From assembly GCF_006345805.1 (NCBI RefSeq), contig NC_043010.1, forward strand, positions 57,846,001 through 57,910,000: a stretch of 64,000 nt of DNA. The letters are read 5' to 3'. Source of the stretch: Octopus sinensis. Its lineage: Eukaryota. Every line of letters begins with the position of its first letter. The stretch's first letter is position 1. The notes under the pieces were generated by a model. The model saw only the letters and a list, made by a program, of their open reading frames with translations. It was not told where the DNA came from and did no database searches. The translations under genes were made by a program, and so were the position numbers. Below are positions 39,225 through 52,356 of this stretch, one piece after another.

Positions 39225-40357
39225 CAGAGAGAGAGAGAGAGAGAGAGAGATACACAGAGATAGACATATGAACATGCATTAACACACACGCACACGCACA
39301 TATTTAAATACATGTTTATATATGTGTATGCATGCCACACGTGCCACTACAGTGCCGCTACAAGCACACAAAGAAATGTGTGTGTATTCATACATGCATG
39401 TGTATTGCTTTAAAAACACCTTAATTCTTTTTTCAGTCATGTGTGTGCACGTGTGTGTGTGTGTATGAATGTGTGTGTGTGTGTGTGTGTGGACGTGCGT
39501 GCGCGCGTGTGTGTGTTTCTGGCAAGAAGTCATTTTGTGGTGAGGTAAGACTGTTTGAAGATGAACTCCCCCTGGCTGAAGAGATAGACAACAGCAGCAA
39601 GAACAGCTAGGAGAGCAAGATAAAACTACAACAACAACAACAACACAAAATAACAAAAATCTGCAATAGAGACAATAACAAAGATGAGAATGGTTGCCTT
39701 AAACAACAACAACAACAACAGCAATGATATGAGTTGTGTGGTCTGCTAGACATGGCAGCCAACACTTGACTCATACTCTTTGAAATGATAGTATTGTACA
39801 ATGAGGTTCTATAGACACAGAATATCTAAAGAGGCAGGATGGGCATGGTTGGAAAACAGGTTTGATGATAGACCAGATCTGTGAGGGCTAGCCTGGGGTC
39901 TTAACAACAATTACTACCACTACTACTGATAATAATAATAATAATAATAGTGGTGATGACAATAATGCAATGATGGTGATAGTGGAGAGGTGGCAGTAGT
40001 GGTAGTCATGGTGGTGGTGGTAGTCGTGGTGATGGTGATGATGATGTTGATTATAATTCTAAGGGTTTTCTATCAGTAATGAAAATAAAGTAAATTAAAA
40101 TTATTATCATCTAAAAAGGAGGGAGGAGGAGTTGGGAGAGGAAGAAAAGAAGAGGAGGAGGAGGAGGGGTCAAAACATTAAAATTGGATGGAATAAGAAA
40201 AAAACACAGAAAATAAAAAATACATAAAAGTGAGTGTGTGTGTGTCTATATGCGTACATATATGTGTCTGTGTACATATATATGTGTGTGTGCTTATGTA
40301 TATATATATATATATGTGTGTGCATGTGTAGTGTGTATATATGTGTAACTATTTCTG

Positions 40358-40434
<77 letters not shown>

Positions 40435-41039
40435 GTATATATTGTATCAATGTGTGTGTGTGTGTATTTTAGAATTAACCCACCAAAGAAACCAAAAAAA
40501 GATCATGACCAAAAACAGAACAAAACCAAACCAAAACCAGGTAGAAAGACAAGAGTGTTGGGGGTGGGGGCCATGGAATGGCAAATTGGAATGAAAACTG
40601 AAGATAAGAAGAGTAAAAGAGAGTATCTGTGGGAAATATAAAGAGTTTTTCAGGAAAAAATTTTAAAACAAAATGCATTCGTTAAAAAAAAAATTAATTG
40701 CAAATCACCAGCAGCAGCAGCAGCAGCAATAATAATAATAAAAATTTAAAAAATAATAATGATTAAACGTTCCTTTATTTACTAGTTGTTTATTTACTTT
40801 TTTGTTTATTTATTCTCTATTTTCTCAATATTATCAGCAGTAATAAAACCATCAAAAATAAAAATAAAAAATTACAAAGAAAAAACATATAAAAAAGATT
40901 TGCTAAACACACACATATATACACACACACACACACAAGATGATGCAGAATTAAAAAAATAATAAAATGCATTCAAATTTTATATCTGTGTGTATATATG
41001 TATTGTATTTGCATGTGTATGTTGTGTGTGTAGTATATG

Positions 41040-41608
41040 TGTGTTTATGTGTTTGTGTGAGTGTGATATATATACATATATATATATATGTATATTTGTA
41101 TTATAATATATATATATAGTATATATATGTAATATTATTATATATATATATATAGGTATATAATTGTATATAATGCATGTATATATGTGTACTATATATA
41201 TGTATATACATATATATATATTATATTTAGTATATATATATATATAGTATAATGCAGTATATATATATATTTATGTAGGTTTTTATATATGCATGTATGT
41301 ATATATATATATGTATAGATCACTGTATGTATATATATGTCTATTGCATGTATGTCTATATATGTATATATGCATGTATGTATATATATGTATATATGCA
41401 TGTATGTATATATATATATGTATATATGCATGTATGTATATATATGTATATATGCATGTATGTATATATATGTATATATGCATGTATGTATATATATGTA
41501 TATATGCATGTATGTATATATATGTATATATGCATGTATGTATATATATATATATATATGTATAAACGTATGTATGTATGTATATATATGTATATATGCA
41601 TGTATGTG

Positions 41609-41641
<33 letters not shown>

Positions 41642-41706
41642 GTATATATGCATATATATATGTATATATGTATATATGCATGTATCTATATATATATATG
41701 TATATA

Positions 41707-41740
<34 letters not shown>

Positions 41741-41804
41741 TGTATATATATATATATATATGTATATATGCATGTATATATATATGTATATATGCATGTA
41801 TGCA

Positions 41805-41860
<56 letters not shown>
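41040..41860. repeat. (TA)-rich microsatellite containing a ~26-nt higher-order unit (tatgtatatatgcatgtatgtatata, ~7 copies at 41361-41545)
   Basis: Direct reading. Confidence 0.85.
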
Positions 41861-41861
<1 letters not shown>

Positions 41862-42320
41862 CAGGTCACTTTCAAGTGCTACTGGTAACATGTAACCCAG
41901 TACAACCATGGTCAGGTCGTCGGTGACTAAACCGGTAAACCCAACAAGCTTGCTTGGTGAGGAGGGTGTTTATTGGACACCCTGCGGGAGGAAAAACAAA
42001 GCCCGTCAAAGGGCGGAGGAACTCTTGAGAGTCAACGGCCATCCAATAATGGTCTTAAGGCTGTATCATGTGTGGGGACATAGAAATAATCGGACTGAAT
42101 ACCCGATCACGTGGTTAAACCATTGAGAGTGAAGGACTCCTAACCTCTGTTAGGGCATCCTTCTAGGAGAAGGTAACTCAGGTAACTGGGATAACTCCGA
42201 CATAAAACCTGCGGCTCAGTGGTTACCGATGATGTTGACTTGTTCTTTTCGGATTATGGCTGCTGTTGCTTAGTGAGTGGGATTGACTCAGTGCATAGCC
42301 TTTCCTCACTTTGAAAAAAA
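41862..42320 (+). mobile_element. Isolated RTE-like 5' UTR or non-autonomous RTE derivative
   Basis: GC-richer CpG-retaining block (gactaaaccgg ... gcccgtcaaagggcggaggaactcttgagagtcaacggcc ... ggagaaggtaactc ... cctttcctcactttgaaaaaaa) resembling recalled RTE 5' ends; no ORF follows. Confidence 0.5.
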
Positions 42321-42477
42321 TTCTTCTTGCACATCCACACTTATGCATATTTAATTATCAGTTTATCTGCCTATGTATCTGTTTATTCATACATAAACAC
42401 ACACACACACACATATACCTGCACGTATATATATACATTTACACACACATATATATATACATACACACACACGCATG

Positions 42478-42511
<34 letters not shown>

Positions 42512-42829
42512 CATATATATGTATATATATATATACTTAATTATCTGGTTATTCATATATATATATGTGCACATACATATGCATACATACACATATATAT
42601 ATACATACATATATGCATGTATGTAGGCACATTAGTATATGCATGATTATGTTGTATTGAATAATGTATTTACACAATATACAAAGAACACGACTATGTC
42701 ACATTCTAATTTTTTTCTATAAGTCCTTACCATATTTTTCTATCTGTCTTGGAATTTAAGTTTCTAAAAGCATTTCATTAGACTCTCTCAGATTCATCTT
42801 CAAGTTACGAAGTGTCGTTGGCCTCTGTA

Positions 42830-43463
42830 TGCCTTTCAGCCCTCTTTTTCATCATTGATTCCTTTTGATTACACAGATTTTACAGCCAGAATTTGACCGT
42901 AATTGTCAGCTTGTGTTGGAACGTGAATATTGCTTCCATAATCAATCACCGATTTTGTGAGGAAACTTAGTTTTGTTTTATGGTGCATGATGTGGTGTGT
43001 GGCAATTGCTACTTGTTTGAAATACCTGGTGAGCCTGTAAGAGAGTGCCGTACATGTCTGGCCATTGTAGCAATTAGAATAAGTTTTCAACTTTTATTCT
43101 CACTAACAAATTTCCAGATTACATTGGTCATTTTCAATTTGTTCTTGTGACGTGTTTGTGATGACCAGAAAGTTTTGATCTCATTGTTTTCCTTCTGTGT
43201 GATTAGTGTTGCTTTGGTGTGATACGTTTTATGTTTCATTTTATGAGGTCTTTGATTATCTGTTCAGCTCTTCCATACCTGGCATGCATTTGATTCGTTT
43301 ACTATGCTTTGTCTAATACATGTCTATTTAGGAGACACACCATTCAATGTACTTCTTACATCATATTTCTGTCTCTCTTCGTCAGTAGTCACCGGTTTAC
43401 CAGAGTGTTTGAATATCTCTCATTAATCCGTGTTTGTTTTATCCTATGGATTTCTTTATCCAA
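42830..43463 (-). pseudogene. Penelope-like element RT thumb plus C-terminal GIY-YIG endonuclease remnant
   Basis: LDKEIHRIKQTRINERY ... MTNVIWKF ... CYNGQTCTALSYRLTRYFKQVAIATHHIMHH resemble ExxRxKQxLxNNGY / TNVVYxF / YIGxTxxxLSxRLTxH...I..H....H. Confidence 0.7.
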
Positions 43464-43534
43464 TGTTTCTTTGGTGGGAGATAATCTAAACTGATTTCAT
43501 TGATTTCATGTGGCTATTCACTCTCTCCATGTTG

Positions 43535-43897
43535 ATATTCTTTTATTCTTTTCCTGTGGCCATGCTGGGGCTTTGCCTTGAAAAACTTTAGTTGAAAGAA
43601 TTGACTCATGTACTAATTTTTTTGTCAGCTAGGTTCTATCAGTCTCTTTTGCCAAACTGCTAAGTTACAGGGACATACACAAACCAACACCGGTTGTCAG
43701 GAGAGGTGGTGGTGGCTGAACACCTACACAATGGCACACCGACACAGATATATACATATATATTAGTTTCTGTCTACGAAATCCACTCACAAGGCTATGG
43801 TCAGCCTGAGGGTATTGGAAGACACTTTGCCAAGGAGCCACACAGAGGGACTGAACTTGGAAAGCAAACTTCTTACCAAACAGCCACAACTGTGCCT
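43535..43897 (-). mobile_element. Meta-like SINE
   Basis: gtttctgtctacgaaatccactcacaaggctatggtcagcc ... aaacttcttaccaaacagccac. Confidence 0.75.
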
Positions 43898-44738
43898 GGG
43901 TCTATTGTTTTGAATATGAATCATTCTATCTAGAAACAAAGTCACATTAATATTGCTTTGGATGGTGAATCTTGGTGCTGAGCTGTTCTCTAAGTTCTTT
44001 AATTTCTCACTTCTCTGATGTTCCCAATACAACTGGTGCATCGTCCACATATCTAATGTATATTACATGTTTGTATTTAATTATTATTTCATCATTTTCT
44101 GTTGTAGCTAAATACAATTCTAGTAAATATGGGTCCCCCTCGTTGACCCATGGCTGCTCCACTACACTGTTTATGTAACTTGCCTTGTGGCCAGTTAAAA
44201 GTTACTTCAGAAAGAAATATTAGTTACTTGTAGTTTTTTTAAAAATAATTTTGGTGGTGGTGGTGGTGGTGGTGGTGGTGGTGGTGGATTGTAATGGTTA
44301 TGATTGTGGTTGTGACTATGGTAGCAGTGGTAGTGATGGTATAGATGATGAAGCTGATAATGGTGATTGGTGTGGTGGTGGCGGTGGTGCTAATGGTGGT
44401 GATGGAAGTCATGACAATGATGTTGAAGATGATGATGATTTGGTGATGGTAGTGGTGGTGATAAAGATGATGATGTTAATACGTTGTTTACTAATCATGA
44501 CTTCAATTCCATTGTAAAACTTTACCATATCCTGTATTTAGTGTTTCCACCCACTCAGTGCCCTTGATCCAAAAATAGGGACCACAGCCAATCAACTGAC
44601 ATTCTCCCTTAAAACTAATAATTTTGGCATATGCATACATACATACACACGTACATACATACATACATACATGTATATATATATACACATGCACACATAT
44701 ATATATTTTTTAGTATATATATATATATATATTTTTTA

Positions 44739-44787
<49 letters not shown>

Positions 44788-44929
44788 TACAGTATACATA
44801 CAAATGTGTATATAATCAAATACCTTTAGAATCATTAATAACCTTTACTAAATCTAGATTTCTTGTCATTATCCAACCTTAGATTATAATTTCTGATCTG
44901 TTATAACTTTACTCAAAAATCTACAATGA

Positions 44930-45195
<266 letters not shown>

Positions 45196-45485
45196 CCTAT
45201 TTGCTCATTAGTGTTAAACAAAAAGCAAGTCCATTTCTGTATAAAATTCCAATTCCGTTTCTCTCTGCCTTTAACCGTTTTCAGTTACTTCCTTTGCTAC
45301 TTTCTTCAGTACAGAAGATTCTTGGGAAAAAAAACAACCAACTGAAATTTCTTCATTAAACTGTTTTGGTATGACCAACTTTAAAATTTAATAGATAAAT
45401 CCCTTTACCTTTTTCACACATTCATACAATTTGTGGCTCTACCCAACCTGCAGTAAATATTTCCTCATTAAGGTGGGTGGTGGGG

Positions 45486-45720
45486 GGAGCTGGCAGAATC
45501 GTTAGCACACCGGGTGAAATGTTTAGCGATATTTTGTCTGTCTTTATGTTCTGAGTTCAAATTCCACAGAGGTCGACTTTGCCTTTCATCCTTTTGGGGT
45601 TGATTAAATAAGTACCAGTTACACACTGGGGTCGATGTAATCGACTTAATCCCTTTGTCTGTCCTTGTTTGTCCCCTCTGTGTTTAGCCCCCACCTCCTG
45701 TGGTCAATAAAGAAACGAAT
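45486..45720 (+). mobile_element. Full-length OK-like SINE
   Basis: gagctggcagaatcgttagcacaccgggtgaaatg ... gaggtcgactttgcctttcatccttttggggttg ... gtcccctctgtgtttagcccc. Confidence 0.85.
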
Positions 45721-45769
45721 ACATATTTCCTTACAAGTAAAAATACAGACATCTTCTTTCTTCTGCCTT

Positions 45770-46350
45770 CTCCTTTAACTTTTACTTGTTTCAGTCATTA
45801 GACTGTGGCCATGCTGGGGCACCAGCTTGAAGAACTTTTAGTTGAATGAATCGAACCAGCACTGATTTCCTTTTAAGCCTATCAGTCTCTTTTGGTGGAC
45901 TGCTAAGCTTTGAAGACATTAACACACCAACACTATTTTTCAAGGAGTAGAGAGGGATAAATATACACACACACACGCACATATGCTTTTATTCTTTTAC
46001 CTGTTTCAGCCATCTGACTGCGGCCATGCTGGAGCACCACCTTTAGTCAAACAAATTGACCCCTGAACTTATTTTTTGTAAGCCTAGTTCTTAGTCTATC
46101 GGTCTCTTTTGCAGAACTGCTAAGCTATGAGGACGTAAACACACCAACATCTGTTGTCAAGCAATGCTGGGGCGGGGGGGGGGACAAACACACACACACA
46201 CACACATATACAACAGTCTTCTTTCAGTTTCCGTCTACCAAATCCACTCTCAGCCAAAAGCTATAGTAGTAGGCCCTTGCCCAAGGTGCCCTGCAGTGGG
46301 ACTGAACCCAGAACCATGTAGCTGGGAAGCAAGCTTCTTACCACACAGAG
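45770..46350 (-). mobile_element. Two tandem Meta-like SINEs (tail fragment 45770-45975, fuller copy 45985-46350)
   Basis: cttgtttcagtcattagactgtggccatgctgg and ctttcagtttccgtctaccaaatccactc ... caagcttcttaccacacag. Confidence 0.8.
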
Positions 46351-47068
46351 GCCAGTGCCCCTTTTCCTTTCTTAGACTGATCCCTGAGCTGACCAGTCAT
46401 AAATTCTGTTCCCTTTATTCTTTCTCTTTTTCTTTCTCTCACTTCTATTCTAGCCTTTCTCCTTCCCCTTCATTCACTTCCCCCTTCTGTCACTTCCTCT
46501 CCCTGCTGTCTTTCTCCTCTGCTTGCTGCTGTCACATGACCAGCAGCCAGTTCCTCTTTTTCTTCCTTTCTTAGACAGGTCCCTTAGCTGACCAGTCATA
46601 AATTCAGTCTCTCCATTCTCCATCCTTCAAAGCACTTTCTAGAAGTGTTACCAACTATTCCCAACTCCTTCATCCCAAAGCCATATTTTGTTTCTCTGCT
46701 TGTCCCCATCAACCATCCTAAATCACACTGTGTCATTTTGCTTGTTTTGTTTCATTTTGTTTGCTCTCATCCCTAATTCTACACAAGGAAGGTTTTTTTT
46801 TGTGGGCACCACTAGTTGGGAAGCATTCACTCTTATCATTAAAGGTGTGAAAATGAACAAAACCATGGGTTGATAACCGATGAAGAATTATGGACTTTCT
46901 GTTTGTCTTGTTTGTTTTTACATTCAGTATACATCACGTCATTTGTTTATAAATATTGTACATTTATCAAGTACTGGAATGCAACACACACCGAATTTGT
47001 AGTTACAAGTAAGTTTTTATTATATATATATATAATGTGTATATATATATATAATGTGTGTGTGTATA

Positions 47069-47099
<31 letters not shown>

Positions 47100-47792
47100 G
47101 CATATATATATACATATGTATATGTACATACTTACATCTATGTGTATATGCATATGTGGGCACAGGACATCATGAAATGTGTACAACAAAAAATTACGAA
47201 GTATGAGTACATGGAATACAAACTATTTTTTCGAACAACAAAAGACACAAATGGAAAACAAGACAACCAACATAAAGAACGACTCTTCATCAGTTGTTGG
47301 CTGTTTCTCTAGTCTCATATTTCAAGCATTTAACAATATATATATGAGAACATTATAGATGTGACATACAGAGTGTATATCTTTTGTTTATTCCCTGGTT
47401 AGCTGTGAGATATCCCTGCACAGCATTGAGACATCCCTTCACGACACTGAGTGCTAAAGAACACTGAATGTGTGTAACTGGGCCGGACAACTCACCCACC
47501 AAAGACGGACAAAGACAGAGAATATCAGTGTTTTGCTGCCTTCCTGCTTGTCAACACCGTACACTTGACTCAACTCTAAATGAACTAAATCACTGGACTG
47601 AGACATGGACAAATAATATGAAGTCTCTTTGCTGATGTGTTATGCTGAAGCACAAGGGAAGCAAAATTAAATTTTGAATTAAAAGCGGCTCCAATAATGT
47701 AAATATTATCAATATCATAGTTATGTTTTATTTATATGTCCATTAGCAGAGGGATAGCATCCTGGGAAATGTCATATACATATGTGTGTATG

Positions 47793-47827
<35 letters not shown>

Positions 47828-47994
47828 ATATATATAGATAAATAGATATAGATATATGTATACATATATATATATATGTATGTACACACACACTATATAT
47901 ATATATATATATATATATTATTAATAGTTAGGGAATGTAATAATTCCAAGCTAATAACTAGATAGCAGTTTGTCTCTAAATTCTATATGTATAT

Positions 47995-48920
47995 CATCAT
48001 CATCATCATCATCGTTTAATGTCCGCTTTCCATGCTAGCATGGGTTGGACGATTTTGACTGACAGCTGGTGAACCAGATGGTTGCACCAGGCTCCAATCT
48101 TGATTTGGCAGAGTTTCTACAGCTGGATGCCCTTCCTAACGCCAACCACTCAGAGAGTGTAGTGGGTGCCTTTTACATGCCACCGGCACGGGGGCCAGTC
48201 AGGTGGTACTGGCAACGACCTCACTCGAATCCTTTTACACATGCCACCGGCACAGGTGCCAGTAAGGCGACTTTGGTAACGATCACGCTCGAATGGTGCC
48301 CTTTTACGTGCCACTGGCATGGAAGCCTGTTGGCTGCTCTGGCAACGATCACACTCGGATGGTGCCCTTGGCACCCTACTTGCATGTGCACAAGTGCCAG
48401 TAAGGCGACGCTGGTAATGATCATGCTCGAATGGTGCCCTTTAAGTGCCACTGGCATGGAAGCCGTTTAGCCGCTCTGTCAATGATCACACTCGTATGGT
48501 GCTCTTTGCACCCTGCCAGCACGGACGCCAGTCATCGAACTTGATTTTGATTTTGCTTTTGATTGATTTGATTTGATTTCACTTGCCTCAACAGGTCTTC
48601 GCAAGTAGAGTTTTAGTGTCCAGAGAAGGAAAAAAGTTACGCATAAGTGGGCTGGTTACGCCCTTGGCATAGGCCATGAGATTATAGTTTCATTTGGCTT
48701 GCCGGGTCTTCTCACGCACGGCATCTTTCCAAAGGTCTTGGTCACTAGTCATTTCCTTGGTGAGGCCTAAAGTTTGAAGGTCGTGCTTCACCACTTCATC
48801 CCAGGTTTTCCTGGGCCGACCTCTTCTACAGGTTCCCTCAACCGCTAGGGTGTGGCAATTTTTCACAGAGCTGTCCTCGTCCATTCTTTCCACATGACCA
48901 TACCAGCGCAATCGTCTCTC
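47995..48920 (-). mobile_element. 5'-truncated RTE LINE: ORF2 C-terminus, complete 3' UTR with internal tandem units, (GAT)n tail
   Basis: RRLRWYGHVERMDEDSSVKNCHTLAVEGTCRRGRPRKTWDEVVKHDLQTLGLTKEMTSDQDLWKDAVREKTRQAK*. Confidence 0.92.
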
Positions 48921-48928
48921 TATATAAA

Positions 48929-49255
48929 GGTGCATAGCTCAGTGGTTAGTTTTGGGCTCACAATCAGGATGTAGCAAGTTCGATTTCCGGACTGGGCTGT
49001 GCATTGCCTTCTTGAGCAGGTCACTTTATTTCCTATTGCTTGCTCCAGTTCACTCAGCTATAGAAATGAGTTGCAATGTCACTGGGGCTAAACTGTATCA
49101 ACCCCTTTGCCTTCCCCTTAGGTAACATTGGTGGTATAGAGAGAAGAGAAGCTGGTATGCATGGGTGACTGCTAGTCTTCCATAAACAACCTTATCTAGA
49201 CCTGTGGCTCATAGAGGAAATTTCAAGGTCCAGTTCCAGTCATTCATGACTGAAA
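48929..49255 (+). mobile_element. tRNA-derived SINE with CORE-like domain
   Basis: ggtgcatagctcagtggttag ... caagttcgatttccgg ... ttcttgagcaggtcactttatttc ... ccagttcactcagctatagaaatgagt. Confidence 0.8.
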
Positions 49256-50091
49256 GACAGCAGGGGGCTCTCCTTAACATTATATATATATACACAATAT
49301 ATAAATATATATACAAAATTAATCTTATGTAACACATGTCTACTTCTATATTCAGTAGCAATAAGGTATCCTGAATATTATTGTAGCAAGTCTAAAGTGA
49401 TTTCTTTTGTGCCATAGACCATTTACCATTTCTGTGCTGTGTCCCCCACCCCTTTCTCTTGATGCTCCAAGTACTTGCTTATTTTGTTTAATGATTAATG
49501 ATTAATCCAGCACTGCACATATGAATATGGATCTTCAATCTTACTTGTTTCAGTCATTGCAATTTGGCCATACTGGAGCACAGCCTGCAATGCTTAAGTT
49601 AACCAAATCAACCCCAGTTCTTATCTTTTTAAAGTCTGATATTTATTCTAACAATCTTTTACCAAACACTGACATAAAAGCAAACCAACACTGATGTCAA
49701 GTAAATGTGTGGGGCAAGCACAAACACAAACGCATACATGTGTGTGTGTGTGTGTGTGTGTGTTTATGCAGCATACTTTGGTGCAGTACACTTTCCAAGA
49801 AGTCTCCGACTCAGTGTTCAGTTTGACATTCCATTCCTATGTCCTTCTTGCATTAAACCCTATTAGCCAAGCAGAGACAGGTCTATCGTTATAAAGATGA
49901 GTCATGATTTATTGGTAAAACCACAAAACTAAATGTTGATAATATCAAGGCATTTAATACATGTTTCAAATATTTTTTTAAGGTCGACATTACAGCATTG
50001 TGTCATACTTGCCTTGCCATAATATTTCTGTAAGAGAGTTGCACTTTCTAAATGCATTCAAAATATCAACATTTGTTCTTCTGATCATTCT

Positions 50092-50267
50092 GATGTAGCC
50101 ACTACACACATTATTTTCTCTCCTTGTTTCTTTCTGTGTTCCTTTCTGTGGAAGAGCATAGGCTCAAAACGTTAACGGCTTTTTCAATTCCCGAGCGTTA
50201 TACTAATACATCTGTTTGTTTTCTTCACCACCTGTCTTCGTCTTTTGTTTTTTTTTGTGAATTCTCC

Positions 50268-50270
<3 letters not shown>
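50092..50270 (+). mobile_element. Short dispersed repeat carrying a hammerhead-like motif (copy 2)
   Basis: cttt-CTGTGGAA-gagc-atag-gctc-AAAAC-GTT; homologous to the reverse complement of 8741-8925. Confidence 0.6.
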
Positions 50271-50316
<46 letters not shown>

Positions 50317-50321
<5 letters not shown>

Positions 50322-50816
50322 ATATATAAACGGCAGTTTGTCTGTCTGTGTGTCTGTGTGTCTGTCAGGTTGTACCCTCACCCTGACCACGGCTTTCAAC
50401 CGATTCTGATGAAACTAAACACACACATAGCCCAATGTCATAATTCAAAACTAACGCAGTGAAAATTTTGAAAAGTTCCCCCAGTTTTGAAAAGATTCGA
50501 TAAATTCGACATGGGGTCGAGAATCTCAGCTTTTTATATGCAACACATTTTCTGATGTAGTTTTCGCAACTTGCAATCGATTTTCACCAAACTCATGGTG
50601 AAGCTTAATGTTACCATCAGAAAAAATCGATAAAATCATGCCATTTTGGGAAATCGCGTTTTCGCCCAAAGGGACAAGTAGGAACATCGTATACACAGAA
50701 GACATTGCAACCTACACATGCACCTTCGTTCCCTAGAGGGAAAGGACTAGATTGGGATTAGTCGTTGCCTACTAGGGGCTCTTACATACCCGGGAAACCC
50801 CGGGCTATGCTGCTAG
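50317..50816 (+). mobile_element. Complete non-autonomous Helitron (500 bp) inserted between A and T in (TA)n
   Basis: 5' a|TCtctatatataaacggcagtttgtctgtctg; 3' hairpin cccggg-aaac-cccggg (50789-50804) then ctatgctg-CTAG|t; no TSD. Confidence 0.88.
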
Positions 50817-50837
50817 TATATATATATATATATATAT

Positions 50838-51035
50838 CAGCATCATCATCACCATTTAACATCTGTTTTCCATGCTGCTATGGATTGGATGGTTTGACAT
50901 GAGCTAGCATGGCTGGGGGCTGCACCAGGTTCCATTGTCTGTTTTGGCACAGTTTCTGCAACTGGATGCCATTCCTAATGCCAACCACTTTACAGAGTGG
51001 ACTGGGTGTTTTATACATGGCACCAGCACAAGTCT
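50838..51035 (-). mobile_element. RTE 3' UTR fragment
   Basis: catcatcatcaccatttaacatctgttttccatgctg ... caactggatgccattcctaatgccaacc. Confidence 0.7.
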
Positions 51036-51081
51036 TTTATATAAATATATATATACATATATATAAAAATATATATATACA

Positions 51082-51229
51082 AATTTTTGCGTAATGAGAT
51101 AAAAAACCAAGGCTGTATGTATGTTAGAGCATTTATAGATAGAAGGTCTTACAGCTGTAAGACCCTCTATCTATAAATTCTCTGATATCTATACAGCCTT
51201 GGTTTTTTTATCTTATTACGCAAAAAATT
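51082..51229. repeat. ~148-bp spacerless imperfect palindrome centred on cag|ctg (51154/51155)
   Basis: Arms aatttttgcgtaatgagataaaaaaccaaggctgtat ... ggtcttacag and its near-exact reverse complement. Confidence 0.9.
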
Positions 51230-51858
51230 CATATATACACACACTGACATAGAACCAACGTTGAACTCTTTATTCGCAATATTACCGAATCTGGAACTTA
51301 ACTATGGTCTGTCTATAGCACTCATTCAGCATTACCTGACACCTTTGGGTCTCAATGACACCATTACCTCTTATAAATATATATATATATATGCCATACC
51401 TAAGATATGCTTGCTGTATTTTCTCTGCTCTTACCTTCTGTGTGCATGCAAGTGTGTATACATGCATATATATATATATATACTAGCATTATATTAATTG
51501 ATTATGTCAATAAATGTTATAACATTATTATGGTTTTTTTGTTAAATATAGACTCAATGTATGCTTAATGTGTATCATTACCCTTCATTCCTGAAAAAAA
51601 TAGTTCAGATAGACTATTTTTATTCAAAAGCTATTAGCATGGTTCACCCCAAAAAAACTGAAGAATCTGAAATAAAAAAGAAAGGACGTTACTCAGAATG
51701 ATGAAAACATTAAAATGGTATTGTCATGGTGCGCAAACCAGCTGGGAAAAGTTTTATCAGAATTGATTCACAAAAAAAACGAGAAATCCTAAATTTCACT
51801 CCTAAACTATTAGCGTGGTTGTGGGTGTATAAATATATTTGGCTAAGATCAAAGTGTA

Positions 51859-51900
<42 letters not shown>

Positions 51901-52061
51901 ATGAAGAAATTGTACAAAATGTATAAACGAATGATGAGTAAAACATTGGCAGTTTTGATTACCTGTTGTTATCCGTAGATTTATTGCAGGGAGTTCATTG
52001 TGGCAGTTGGGGTAACAATATTAAAAAGATTGGAGATGGAATGTGTAATAGACTTTATTGG

Positions 52062-52104
52062 GTACAACACATGTTTCAACCTGTTGTGGGTCTCTTCAGG
52101 TACA
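52062..52104 (-). ncRNA. Minimal type I hammerhead ribozyme motif (probably CpG-decayed)
   Basis: gtac-CTGAAGA-gacc-cacaaca-ggtt-GAAAC-atgt-GTT-gtac, followed within a few nt by aataaa. Confidence 0.65.
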
Positions 52105-52291
52105 TCAATAAAAAATCTCACTAGAAAGACTCAGGTACACACATGTACATATGAATAAACATACAAACATAGCATAGATAAATATGTGCATGGATTCATA
52201 CATAAAGGAAGACAAACACGTGTGCAAAGCTTGACACACACATGTGTTAATACACTCGATTATACATATAAATATTTATATAGTTATACAT

Positions 52292-52339
<48 letters not shown>

Positions 52340-52356
<17 letters not shown>

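Noticed and set aside
39515-39550. gag|gtaaga donor as a micro-exon
   Set aside because: No supporting acceptor context or coding signal
47200-47335. Repeat with CTGATGAAGAG (minus 47287-47293) as a hammerhead
   Set aside because: Neither a downstream stem II/GAAA nor a permuted (type II) stem III/stem I could be paired
51255-51345. gctgaatgagtgctatagacagacc (minus) as a hammerhead
   Set aside because: Both core segments are disrupted
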